Shown: in pieces, positions 50,278 through 59,902 of the stretch
Layout of the letters: every line of letters begins with the position of its first letter
How positions within the stretch are numbered: position 1 is the first letter of the stretch
NCBI GenBank assembly: GCA_020161405.1
Contig: JAIUOD010000003.1
Location: forward strand, 217,392-281,391
Length of the DNA: 64,000 bases
Source of the DNA: Pseudomonadota bacterium
GTDB taxonomy: Bacteria > Pseudomonadota > Alphaproteobacteria > Caulobacterales > Aquidulcibacteraceae
Direction: 5' to 3'
Position numbers and translations under genes: made by a program
Notes under the pieces: model-generated
Seen by the model: only the letters and a program-made list of their open reading frames with translations
Databases searched by the model: none
What the model was told of the DNA's origin: nothing

Positions 50278-50346
50278 TCTAAATTATAGCCATAATTTAA
50301 ATATTTTACCAATTAAATGACTGTTAGAATTGGTAATTTAACTGAA

Positions 50347-50841
50347 TTATTGCACACAAGAACGGACATGAAGACCGCGTGGTAACTCTGTTGCCTCATC
50401 ACCGCATGCGCCATTTAATTGTGCTTGTGTAAGGCCACGTGCGCGCCCTAATTCAGCACCAGAAATATTGGCGCCATTTAGGTTTGCGCGTGCAAAATTT
50501 GCACCGCTGAAATATGCACCAACAAGTGAAGCGCGTTCTAAATTAGCGCGTGAAAAATTAGCGCCAGTAGCGCGAACGCCATATAGATTAGCGATTGATA
50601 AATCTACACCAGCAAGATTAGAATAATCAAGTGTTGCAAGTGATAAATCAGATTGGCGAAGACGAGCACCTGAAAAGTTTTTACGCGATAAATCTTGGTT
50701 CATCAAAGCCGCTTGAAATAGATTGCAGCCTGCACAAGATTTTTTACCCGCCATAACGCCATCAATTTGTGATTGATTTTGTGCAAAAGCAGGAAAAGCG
50801 ATTGTGCTTAGAGCTAAAGTGATTGCAACCAATTGTTTCAT
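50347..50841 (-). CDS. Exported pentapeptide-repeat protein (short paralog)
   Basis: Signal peptide AFA, CAGC, repeats, cap GACGDEATELPRGLHVRSC. Confidence 0.93.
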   Translation of the reverse strand: MKQLVAITLALSTIAFPAFAQNQSQIDGVMAGKKSCAGCNLFQAALMNQDLSRKNFSGARLRQSDLSLATLDYSNLAGVDLSIANLYGVRATGANFSRANLERASLVGAYFSGANFARANLNGANISGAELGRARGLTQAQLNGACGDEATELPRGLHVRSCVQ

Positions 50842-50953
50842 TTTCGGACACTCCGGTAATAAATGCTTTAAATGCCATTATCTATGCATTAAATATGCCG
50901 TTCAATTTGAGTAGCTAACTAGCGTTAATACAAAGTGAATTTATCAATTTCAC

Positions 50954-53479
50954 CTAATTATTACTTTGGCCTTTGATGTTGGTAATATCATTTATTGTTT
51001 TTATTTGACCACAAGCATCACATATAGTGCCATCAAGTGTTTTCTTAACCGTAAAGTGTCCGCAAGTATCACATGGATCACCTTGATAATTAACTTCTTC
51101 TTTTACCAAGCGACCAGGTTCGACCAGTTTATCAATTGAAACTTCACGTTTTCTTCCAAATTGTGGCTGAATTAAATTGTTTGGAATATTCCCACGTGAA
51201 AAACCCTTTGAGATAAATTTTGAGGCATCAAAATCTTCTTCATTGTCTTTTTCATTATATGTAAAATCAGTTGGCGAAGGATCAGATGTTAAATCATATC
51301 TATCAAGGTATGAAACTGCAAGTTCACGGAAAAGGTAGTCCAGTATAGAACTTGCATTTTTAATTTTGTCATTTCCGTCAACACGCCCTGATGGTTCAAA
51401 TTTTGTGCCTATAAAGGCATCAACATATTCATCAAGTGGTACGCCATATTGCAAACCAATTGATATTGCGATTGCAAAATTATTCATAAGGCTTCTAAAG
51501 GCGGCACCTTCTTTATGCATGTCGATAAAGATTTCACCTAATTCGCCATTTTCAAATTCGCCAGTATGTAAATATACTTTGTGACCGGCGACTTTTGCTT
51601 TTTGGATATAGCCTTTTCGCCTTTGCGGAAGTTTCTTTCTATTTACTGGTGTTTCAATTGTTCTTTCGACAATTTTCTCAACTTCTATTTTTTCGATGCG
51701 TGGCTCTGGTTCGTAATTGCGATATTGATAGTGTTCTTCGCTTATATCGCTAATACCTTTGCCAGAGTTTTTAATATCAATACCAGGCCATTTTTTTTCT
51801 TTGGCAATTTCAATATATTTTGCCAAATTTTTTGCGCCATTTAAGTCGTTTGATGTTATGATGTTATATGCAGAAATATTATTAATATATGGCGCTATAG
51901 CATTGTAAATTATACCTAAATCGTTATTATAAGTTTGGGTTAAAATTGGTGATAAATTATTTTTTTTGCTATCGCCGAAAACCCATTTATTTGCCTCTTG
52001 AATTTGGAAATCATCAAATCCAATTTCTTTTAAAAGGCAAAATTCAGGGGCAATAATTCGATTTATATCATTTCCAGTTAGGGTTTGGCAAAAATCTATT
52101 CCCAAAACCCAAGGATTGATTACGTCATATAAATCACGTTTTTTTGGTATCTCATCGGCAATCGCAGCGATTGCATCATTATCAAAGCCAAGCACACTTA
52201 AGTTATTATAGTTTATAGTAGGGCAATTTGACAGGCTTTGACGACCTAAAAGATTATCATATAATTCCTCAAGATCTTGACCAATGAGTTCGCAAGAGTT
52301 GATAACGCAATTTCTGATGCCAATTCTGGTTTCTGTTGCATTAATTGAGGTTTCAATTCGTAAATTTTCAACAGGCTTTATTCCTAAAGAATCTGTCCCT
52401 AAAATTGCGCAAATTATTTCATCTTCTTCCGTTTGCAGATATGTTTTTTTATCTAATTGAAGGCCATGAATTGTATTTTTTAGGTCAGATAGAATTAGTT
52501 CGATACTATTGGCATCATATGTTTTACCAATTGACATGATAGCCGCGCCAATACCAGTAATCCCAATTGAGATTTCATCGCCTTCAGTTTTTATAGCCTC
52601 ATTGCATGCAAAAACATCAAGTGCAATTTGGCTATAGTCCAAGTTGCCATTGGTAACATATTCTTGAAGATTTAAACAAAAGCTATTTTCAATAATTTTT
52701 GAGTTAAAAAATATTTGTGTTTGGGCGTCTATCAAATCGCATAGGAATTTATCTTCAAGTGAATTTTTTATAGCTTCAAATTGAACCTTCGGTCTTTTTG
52801 TATCATTTTCAACGAAACTAATTGGGAAATTAGTTTGTTGTTGCTGCATAGAATTTTCAATTGCGCGCTTAATAATCGCAGCTGGAACGCCGCGGCCAAA
52901 TGATTTAGCGATTACTTTTGCAAGTGCAGGGTTAGATTTTGGGTCAAATTTACCTTCACCCATTGCCCGACCAATTGCATCATCAATGTCTTCAATTGCT
53001 TCATTGATAATATTGTTTCCTGTGTATGAACAAGCAATTCGATATTGGCGTGCAATTTCATCATGAATTGCAAATTTTGCTTTTTCTGCATCCTTGATTG
53101 GCAAATCATTATTAAATGATGATGGGCCAAGAATTTTATTAATGAAAACCCGACGGCGTAATGTTGCAACAAGTATAATATTATTTATTTTATTATTATA
53201 ATTTGCATCAAAATCGGGCGATAAATAATTGTTGAAAATATTATGAAGATGTATCGATAAATCTTCATTGTCATTCATTTTAAGCGCGAAAAAGGCCTGT
53301 TTTACGCAATCAAGTGGCCAATTTATTGGGGCAAAACATGTGATTAGATTGCCAAAATCGTCAACAGTAATTTCACGCTTTGCCTGTGCCGGTAAATCTG
53401 AAGTGACATCAAATGCTTTGTGCGAAATCATTTGTTTTAAATCATCAGCGCGCAGTGGATTTATACTATTTTGCGTCAT
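50954..53479 (-). CDS. Degenerate class II ribonucleotide reductase (NrdJ)-like protein with conserved C-terminal domain
   Basis: C-terminal block [10 protein letters not shown]...[34 protein letters not shown]...[14 protein letters not shown] and CxxC..CxxC are NrdJ-like; divergent from NDUFA12 as nrdJ usually is; no NPCxE or APTG motif. Confidence 0.8.
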   Translation of the reverse strand: MTQNSINPLRADDLKQMISHKAFDVTSDLPAQAKREITVDDFGNLITCFAPINWPLDCVKQAFFALKMNDNEDLSIHLHNIFNNYLSPDFDANYNNKINNIILVATLRRRVFINKILGPSSFNNDLPIKDAEKAKFAIHDEIARQYRIACSYTGNNIINEAIEDIDDAIGRAMGEGKFDPKSNPALAKVIAKSFGRGVPAAIIKRAIENSMQQQQTNFPISFVENDTKRPKVQFEAIKNSLEDKFLCDLIDAQTQIFFNSKIIENSFCLNLQEYVTNGNLDYSQIALDVFACNEAIKTEGDEISIGITGIGAAIMSIGKTYDANSIELILSDLKNTIHGLQLDKKTYLQTEEDEIICAILGTDSLGIKPVENLRIETSINATETRIGIRNCVINSCELIGQDLEELYDNLLGRQSLSNCPTINYNNLSVLGFDNDAIAAIADEIPKKRDLYDVINPWVLGIDFCQTLTGNDINRIIAPEFCLLKEIGFDDFQIQEANKWVFGDSKKNNLSPILTQTYNNDLGIIYNAIAPYINNISAYNIITSNDLNGAKNLAKYIEIAKEKKWPGIDIKNSGKGISDISEEHYQYRNYEPEPRIEKIEVEKIVERTIETPVNRKKLPQRRKGYIQKAKVAGHKVYLHTGEFENGELGEIFIDMHKEGAAFRSLMNNFAIAISIGLQYGVPLDEYVDAFIGTKFEPSGRVDGNDKIKNASSILDYLFRELAVSYLDRYDLTSDPSPTDFTYNEKDNEEDFDASKFISKGFSRGNIPNNLIQPQFGRKREVSIDKLVEPGRLVKEEVNYQGDPCDTCGHFTVKKTLDGTICDACGQIKTINDITNIKGQSNN

Positions 53480-53708
53480 GTTTTTACCAAATTCGAATCA
53501 ATTATTAATTTGCTCATAATTCGGGTAAAACTACAATCTTTTTCAGCTTTTTGTTTTTCCTATTTTGCGCAAATAATACTAATTTATTAAGGCTTTTGGG
53601 GTGATTTGTTATTTTAAATTGCACAAAATTAAATTTTGTGTGGCTTTTAAGATTGAGTTTATTTTGATATGCTCTAATAACTTCTAAAATTAAGATTTAA
53701 GGTGTTTA

Positions 53709-54095
53709 ATGCTTAAGAAAATTTTCACATGGTGGAATGGTGCTACAATTGGTGCATTGTTTGATATTGGTCGTCGTGCAAAAAAAGTTGGCGAAGACGA
53801 ATATGGCAATTCATATTTTGAAGAACCACATGCAACTGTGGAAGGGCGTAAACGCCGTTATGTGATTTATAAAGGTTATGCAGAACCATCAAAAATCCCT
53901 GTGGATTGGCATGGTTGGATGCATTACACTTTCGATGAGCCGCCAACCAAAACGCCTTTCAAACTTAAAAGCTGGGAATTGCCACATAGACCAAATCTAA
54001 CTGGCACTTTGTTTGCTTATAAACCTGATAATAGTTTGGCGAATGCTGGCAAAAAACTCGAAGAAAAGAATTCTTACGAATCTTGGAGGCCATAA
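53709..54095 (+). CDS. NADH:ubiquinone oxidoreductase NDUFA12 (17.2 kDa) subunit family
   Basis: FTWWNG, VGEDEYGNSY, RRYVIY, WHGWMH, PNLTGT. Confidence 0.95.
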   Translation: MLKKIFTWWNGATIGALFDIGRRAKKVGEDEYGNSYFEEPHATVEGRKRRYVIYKGYAEPSKIPVDWHGWMHYTFDEPPTKTPFKLKSWELPHRPNLTGTLFAYKPDNSLANAGKKLEEKNSYESWRP

Positions 54096-54965
54096 ATGGC
54101 AGCCAAAAAAGTGCTTAAATGGATTATTCCAAGTGCGCTAATTATTTCTATTGTTGGCTTTGTATCAATCCGATATTCTTATGCACAAAAAGCAGGAAAT
54201 GACGCGCAGCCCAATATTCCGCTTGCACCTGAAAATAATAAAAAAAGCGAGCCGCCAAATACAGGTGTTGACCCTGAATTAGTTCAGGTTAACGAACCAG
54301 ATAGCGTTGATCTTGACCCGTCATTGGCAAATGCGAATGATGATAATAAAACAAAAACAAAAATTGACCCTGATAATGTTAATGAATTAAAGCAAGCATT
54401 TGGTGGTGATGATAAGAAATCTGAAAATTCAGGTCTCGTAATGCCGCATTTAGTTGGCGCAAATATTCCAACAATTCCGGTTAATTTACTTTTCCCACAA
54501 GGCCAAACGCAGCAGGTTGCTAATACTAAAATTGAAGAATTATCAGGAACAAGTGTTCTTATGCTTGGAATTGATCGTTCAACTGGTCAGTCACTAAAAT
54601 TTAGGATTCCTGTTGGTTCTGCGGTAAAATATCAAAATATAAATATCGCTGTTAGCGCGTGTTATAAATCGCGCCCTGATGCTTTACCTGAGTCATGGGC
54701 TTATGTTGATGTTGTTGATATGGGCGAACCACCTTTGCCACAAGTGGCGGTTCTTGCACAAAGAAACCGCGCTAAAATGCGCGAGGCTGAAGGACCGCAT
54801 CGTTTGCGCAAGGGTTGGATTATTGCCTCTAGTCCTTATGTAACTGCAATTGATCACCCAATATATAATATTTCCCTTCTTGCTTGCGAAGGCGGGCAGA
54901 CTGTGGCGCCTGTTACAACTACTGATTCAGTAAAGCCAGACAATAAGGACCAGAACAAAGGTTAG
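54096..54965 (+). CDS. DUF2155 domain protein
   Basis: C-terminal GIDR.TG, AC, P E.WAY, GW..ASSP....DHP.Y..SL..C; low-complexity N-terminal linker after a TM/signal segment. Confidence 0.8.
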   Translation: MAAKKVLKWIIPSALIISIVGFVSIRYSYAQKAGNDAQPNIPLAPENNKKSEPPNTGVDPELVQVNEPDSVDLDPSLANANDDNKTKTKIDPDNVNELKQAFGGDDKKSENSGLVMPHLVGANIPTIPVNLLFPQGQTQQVANTKIEELSGTSVLMLGIDRSTGQSLKFRIPVGSAVKYQNINIAVSACYKSRPDALPESWAYVDVVDMGEPPLPQVAVLAQRNRAKMREAEGPHRLRKGWIIASSPYVTAIDHPIYNISLLACEGGQTVAPVTTTDSVKPDNKDQNKG

Positions 54966-55593
54966 CGCCTTGATTTTCTTCGGCTAAAAAATTTACTTCA
55001 GGAAATTTGCATTCACTTAAAAGCGCAGAATTTAATAATTTTCTAAATTCTATTCGTGGTATTTCCAATATTCCAAATTGTTCAAGATGATCATTATGAA
55101 ATTGTGCGTCTAATAATTTGTAATTTGCAAATTTTAAAGCGGCTGCAAGGTGAACCAATGCAATCTTACTTGCGTTTGTCATTGTACTAAACATGCTTTC
55201 GCCGAAAAATACGCTTCCTATAGAAACGCCGTAAAGGCCGCCAACTAATTCATCATTATGCCAAACTTCTATCGAATGTGCTTTGCCAATACGATTTAAT
55301 GCGTCATAGAGTTGGATTATTTTATCATTTATCCAAGTTTGTTGGCGTGTTACACGTGTTAGTGCACATGCTTCTATAACGGCCCGAAAATTCTTATTCG
55401 CGCTTATTTTAAATGGTGTTTTTCTAATTTCACGCTTTAATCGTTTTGGAATATGGAAATTATCTAAATCAAATATTCCACGAAATTCAGGATCAATAAG
55501 CATGATGCGCGGATCATCTCGCCCATCAGCCATTGGAAAAATACCTTGTTTATATAATTCGATTACTTCATTAGGGCCAAAATATTCAAACAA
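54919..55593 (-). CDS. aat: Leucyl/phenylalanyl-tRNA--protein transferase
   Basis: YKQGIFPMA, TWIN, HSIEVW, LVGGLYG, FFGESMF, ASKIAL. Confidence 0.97.
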   Translation of the reverse strand: MFEYFGPNEVIELYKQGIFPMADGRDDPRIMLIDPEFRGIFDLDNFHIPKRLKREIRKTPFKISANKNFRAVIEACALTRVTRQQTWINDKIIQLYDALNRIGKAHSIEVWHNDELVGGLYGVSIGSVFFGESMFSTMTNASKIALVHLAAALKFANYKLLDAQFHNDHLEQFGILEIPRIEFRKLLNSALLSECKFPEVNFLAEENQGANLCSGPYCLALLNQ

Positions 55594-55613
55594 ATTTCAC
55601 CCCTTATAATTTT

Positions 55614-56963
55614 TTATTCTGGCTTATTGCTATCCATCCATTTTTCTAACCAATGGATATTATAATTTCCATCAATAATATCACGCTCTTGTAATAGGCG
55701 TTGGAATAATGGTGTTGTGGTTTTAGTTCCACCAATTACCATTTCACCTAATGAGCGCTTAAGGCGCATTAAGCATTCTGCGCGATTTTTACCATGAACA
55801 ATAAGCTTACCAAGCAAACTGTCATAATATGGCGGAATTTTATATCCTGCATAAATTGCCGAATCCATACGCACGCCAAGACCGCCCGGCGGGTGATAAT
55901 CAGTGATAGTGCCAGGTGATGGTGCAAATGTTACAGGGTCTTCTGCATTTATACGACATTCAATTGCAACGCCATTAAATACAATATCATCCTGTGTGAA
56001 TGATAATGGTAAACCAGCCGCAATACGAATTTGTTCACGTACTAAATCAATACCAGTGATTGCTTCTGTAACAGGGTGTTCAACTTGAAGGCGGGTATTC
56101 ATTTCAATGAAATAGAATTTGCCATTTTCGTATAGGAATTCAATTGTGCCGACACCTAAATAACCAAGTGATTTAATCGCTTTAACTACAATCTCACCAA
56201 TCTCATCACGCTCATGTGAATTTAGTGCAGGTGAGGGTGCTTCTTCCCATACTTTTTGGTGGCGACGTTGTAATGAACAATCACGTTCGCCTAAATGAAC
56301 CACATTACCATGAGAATCAGCAATAATCTGAATTTCAATATGGCGCGGTAGTGTAAGATATTTTTCAAGATAAACAGTATCATCGCCAAATGCGCCTTTG
56401 GCTTCTTGGCGCGCTTGCGCAAGTGAATTTGCCAAATCAGCCTCAGTTTGGGCGATTTTCATACCGCGACCACCGCCACCTGCTGATGCTTTTACTAAAA
56501 CAGGGAAGCCAATTTCTTTGGCGATTTTCATTGCCATTTCATCAGAGCCAACCGCACCATCTGACCCCGGAACGACAGGAATCCCTGCCGCCATTACCGC
56601 AGCCTTAGCAGCAATTTTATCGCCCATCATTTTAATATGATCTGATTTTGGGCCAATAAAAGTAATACCATGCGCTTCAACAATTTCAGCAAAGCGCGCA
56701 TTTTCAGATAGAAAACCATAACCAGGGTGAATTGCCTGTGCGCCAGTGATTTCACATGCGCTTATAATCGCAGGTATATTCAAATAAGATTGTGATGTTG
56801 GCGGCGGGCCGATACATACGCTTTCATCGGCAAGGCGAACATGCATTGCATCGGCATCAGCGGTTGAATGGACTGCAACTGTAGCAATACCCATTTCCTT
56901 ACATGCACGATGTACACGTAAAGCAATTTCGCCGCGATTAGCTATTAGAACTTTTTCAAACAC
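55614..56963 (-). CDS. accC: Biotin carboxylase
   Basis: [33 protein letters not shown]. Confidence 0.99.
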   Translation of the reverse strand: MFEKVLIANRGEIALRVHRACKEMGIATVAVHSTADADAMHVRLADESVCIGPPPTSQSYLNIPAIISACEITGAQAIHPGYGFLSENARFAEIVEAHGITFIGPKSDHIKMMGDKIAAKAAVMAAGIPVVPGSDGAVGSDEMAMKIAKEIGFPVLVKASAGGGGRGMKIAQTEADLANSLAQARQEAKGAFGDDTVYLEKYLTLPRHIEIQIIADSHGNVVHLGERDCSLQRRHQKVWEEAPSPALNSHERDEIGEIVVKAIKSLGYLGVGTIEFLYENGKFYFIEMNTRLQVEHPVTEAITGIDLVREQIRIAAGLPLSFTQDDIVFNGVAIECRINAEDPVTFAPSPGTITDYHPPGGLGVRMDSAIYAGYKIPPYYDSLLGKLIVHGKNRAECLMRLKRSLGEMVIGGTKTTTPLFQRLLQERDIIDGNYNIHWLEKWMDSNKPE

Positions 56964-56976
56964 GCAAATATTCCAA

Positions 56977-57453
56977 TTAATCTATTGTGCACAATGGTTC
57001 ACCAAATTCAACTGGCTGACCATCTTTTACGAAAATAGCGGAAACAACACCTGAACGCGTTGCAGTAACGGCGTTTAATGTTTTCATGGCTTCAACAATA
57101 AATAATTGTTGGCCTTCTTTGACGGTGTCACCAACATTTATAAAAGGTTTTGCGCCAGGTTCAGATGCAAGATAAGCAGTCCCGACCATTGGTGATGTAA
57201 CATTGTTTGCACTGTTGCTAGAAGTTGCTTTTGGTGCTTCTACATTAGCGACAGGTGAACTATTTGAAACTTCTGGCGCATAATTTTGTACAGGTGCAAC
57301 CTGCGGGGCAGCAACGTAAGATGTAACATTTAATTGACGTGTTACCCTTATTTTTGTGCCCTGATTATCGATTTCAATTTCACTTAATTCGCTATCACGT
57401 AGGATTTTCGCGAGGTCTTTTACAAGTTTTGTATCAAAACCATTAGTGGACAT
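56977..57453 (-). CDS. accB: Biotin carboxyl carrier protein
   Basis: SPMVGT, EAMKT biotinyl-lysine. Confidence 0.98.
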   Translation of the reverse strand: MSTNGFDTKLVKDLAKILRDSELSEIEIDNQGTKIRVTRQLNVTSYVAAPQVAPVQNYAPEVSNSSPVANVEAPKATSSNSANNVTSPMVGTAYLASEPGAKPFINVGDTVKEGQQLFIVEAMKTLNAVTATRSGVVSAIFVKDGQPVEFGEPLCTID

Positions 57454-57547
57454 TTCTTACTCCAAACACAAAAATTATAGAACCAATTTATAATTGGCAA
57501 ATTGATATTAAAGCGCTTTAAACGCAATTTTCAACAATAACAACCTG

Positions 57548-57991
57548 TTAAACTGCCTGTAATATACGCACTATTCCAAGAATCGCCAAATCATATGAAT
57601 TTATTCCAAATCCTGCTACTACAGAAGTTGACGCTGGGGCAACAAAAGAAGTGTGTCGAAAGGATTCGCGTGTTGCCGGGTTTGAAATATGTACTTCAAT
57701 CTTAGGTACGCTTACAGATTTTAATGCATCATGGATTGCAACAGATGTGTGTGTAAATGCCGCAGCATTAATTATTATACCTGATGCTTTTTCACGCGCT
57801 TCTTGAATCCAATCAACTAATTCACCTTCATGATTTGATTGCCTGAAATCAATTTCATAATTAAATTCAGAAGCACGCTTTCTACACATATTTTCAACAT
57901 CAGATAATGTTGCGCTTCCGTAGATTTCAGGTTCACGTGTTCCAAGTAGGTTTAAGTTCGGCCCATTAAGCACATAAAGTGGTTTGTTCAT
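57548..57991 (-). CDS. aroQ: Type II 3-dehydroquinate dehydratase
   Basis: NGPNLNLLGTREP.IYG, QSNHEG, EVHISN, RESFRH. Confidence 0.98.
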   Translation of the reverse strand: MNKPLYVLNGPNLNLLGTREPEIYGSATLSDVENMCRKRASEFNYEIDFRQSNHEGELVDWIQEAREKASGIIINAAAFTHTSVAIHDALKSVSVPKIEVHISNPATRESFRHTSFVAPASTSVVAGFGINSYDLAILGIVRILQAV

Positions 57992-58052
57992 TTTAAAAAA
58001 TCTGATAAATCTTTATTGTTGAGTTTATAGAAAATAAGATTAAAGCAAAATC

Positions 58053-58274
58053 ATGCCGATGCAAGAAAATATATCTATAGTTTTAAATGGTGAAGCCATT
58101 CAATGCCCAATCAATTTAAATTTTTTGGAATTGTTAAATCATTTAGAACTTGAACCAAGAAGCCTTGCAATCGAACTTAATCGTGAAATTTTACCCAAAT
58201 CTGAATGGGAAAATCGCCAAGTTGAAAATGGCGATAAAATTGAAATTGTGCAATTTGTTGGTGGTGGATTATAG
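58053..58274 (+). CDS. thiS: Sulfur carrier protein ThiS
   Basis: [22 protein letters not shown] followed by one extra Leu. Confidence 0.93.
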   Translation: MPMQENISIVLNGEAIQCPINLNFLELLNHLELEPRSLAIELNREILPKSEWENRQVENGDKIEIVQFVGGGL

Positions 58275-58282
58275 GAATAATA

Positions 58283-59056
58283 ATGACAAAAGATAATTGG
58301 GTTGTTGCAGGTCGCGAATTTTCATCACGTTTGATAATTGGCACTGGCAAATATGCGTCATATGAACAAAATGCACAGGCAGCGATTGCTGCGAATGCGC
58401 AAATTGTTACGGTTGCGGTTCGCCGCGTTAATCTTACGGATAAATCAAAACCACTTTTGACTGATTATCTTAATCCAAAAGAATATACATATTTACCAAA
58501 TACTGCGGGCTGTTTTACCGCCGATGATGCTTTAAGGACTTTAAGGCTTGCGCGCGAAGCAGGTGGTTGGAATTTGGTGAAATTAGAAGTTCTATCGGAT
58601 CAAAAAACCCTTTTTCCTGATATGCTTGAAACATTAGAAGCCACAAAAATTCTTGTAAAAGAAGGTTTTGATGTAATGGCATATTGCACAGATGACCCTG
58701 TTTTTGCACGCAAAATAGAAGATGCAGGTGCATGTGCAATTATGCCTTTAGGGGCGCCAATTGGATCAGGTCTTGGAATTCAAAATCGCGTTAATATCCG
58801 CCTTATTGTCGAACAATCACGTGTTCCTGTATTGGTGGATGCAGGTGTTGGCACTGCATCAGATGCCGCAATTGCAATGGAACTTGGGTGCGATGGTGTT
58901 TTAATGAATACTGCAATAGCAGAAGCCAAAGATCCAGTTTTAATGGCAAGTGCAATGAAGCATGCCGTTATTGCGGGCCGTGAAGCATATCTTGCGGGTC
59001 GCATGGGGAAAAAATCCTATGCGGACCCGTCAAGCCCTTTGGCAGGTCTAATATAA
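58283..59056 (+). CDS. thiG: Thiazole synthase
   Basis: [36 protein letters not shown]. Confidence 0.98.
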   Translation: MTKDNWVVAGREFSSRLIIGTGKYASYEQNAQAAIAANAQIVTVAVRRVNLTDKSKPLLTDYLNPKEYTYLPNTAGCFTADDALRTLRLAREAGGWNLVKLEVLSDQKTLFPDMLETLEATKILVKEGFDVMAYCTDDPVFARKIEDAGACAIMPLGAPIGSGLGIQNRVNIRLIVEQSRVPVLVDAGVGTASDAAIAMELGCDGVLMNTAIAEAKDPVLMASAMKHAVIAGREAYLAGRMGKKSYADPSSPLAGLI

Positions 59057-59839
59057 TTATTGACGCGCTGCACCAATCGCAGCTTCAATTTCTTGCTGAT
59101 TAAAGCCTGAAACCAACTTACCATTTATGATAAAGCCAGGTGTGCCATTTATACCGACTGCTTGCGCCTGTTCTTTAACTTTTTCAATATGTTGAAGAAC
59201 TTTTGGGCTTTCCATTTCGGTTTTAAGTTTAGCCGTATCAATTCCAACTGATTGGGCAATGCCCATTATTTGGTCAAGGTTTAAATCGCCCTTTGCCGCC
59301 ATTAAAGCCTGATGGAATGCAAGATATTTACCTTGCGACTTTGATGCAATTGCAGCTTTTGCAGCAAGTAATGAATTTGGCGAAAGTATTGGCAATTCTT
59401 TGAAAATATAACGAATATCTTTATTTTCTGAAATTGTTTTCATAACAAATGGACTTGCAGCATGGCAATAACCGCAGCGATAATCAAAAAATTCAACAAA
59501 TGTGATTTTTGCATTATTAGGGCCAAAACTTAATTCATTTGCCTCAGAAACTATTTTATCGAATTGTTTTGAAACAGATTCGTTTTGCTCCCGTGCCATT
59601 TTAGCTTCATAGGCTTCTTGGGCTTCTAAAAGAATTTCAGGATTACTAACCAAAGTATCGCGAATTAATAATTTTACGGCCTCTTGTTGTTCTTTTGTTA
59701 GGCTTGATAAAATTGCAGTTTTTTCACCGCTATTTTGTGTTTTTTGGGCAGTATCATTTTTTGTTTGTGAAACTGCTTTATTGCACGAAGCAAACGCCAT
59801 ACTTACGCATATTGCGCTTACTATTAATGACTTTTTCAT
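59057..59839 (-). CDS. DsbA/Com1-like thioredoxin-fold lipoprotein
   Basis: Lipobox AFASC, NPEIL, EFFDYRCGYC, GTPGF. Start at 59839 follows GGGAG. Confidence 0.9.
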   Translation of the reverse strand: MKKSLIVSAICVSMAFASCNKAVSQTKNDTAQKTQNSGEKTAILSSLTKEQQEAVKLLIRDTLVSNPEILLEAQEAYEAKMAREQNESVSKQFDKIVSEANELSFGPNNAKITFVEFFDYRCGYCHAASPFVMKTISENKDIRYIFKELPILSPNSLLAAKAAIASKSQGKYLAFHQALMAAKGDLNLDQIMGIAQSVGIDTAKLKTEMESPKVLQHIEKVKEQAQAVGINGTPGFIINGKLVSGFNQQEIEAAIGAARQ

Positions 59840-59902
59840 TAAAAACTCCCGAATCAAATTCTTTGATTGTTCATAGTAGCAATTGAATTGTTAATTTTAT
59901 GA

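Noticed and set aside
49516-50841. Periodic DNA that could suggest a tandem repeat or CRISPR array, or Qnr/MfpA quinolone resistance
   Set aside because: The 15-nt periodicity is explained by pentapeptide coding, there are no spacers, and signal peptides argue against gyrase protection.
50954-53479. Calling the NrdJ-like gene a pseudogene or a functional nrdJ
   Set aside because: No stop or frameshift over 841 codons, so not a pseudogene; catalytic motifs not found, so the symbol nrdJ was withheld.
57489-57519. Short palindromes between aroQ and accB (ccaatt-tat-aattgg; taaagcgcttta)
   Set aside because: Only 6-bp arms, AT-rich, no U-tract; compatible with chance.
57992-58052. TPP riboswitch before thiS-thiG
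   Set aside because: Only 61 AT-rich bp, with no GCTGAGA or CCTGA core.
58263-58274. ThiS ending GGGL instead of GG
   Set aside because: A short extension after the diglycine is known in some sulfur carriers and is removed by processing; a single residue is too little to flag.
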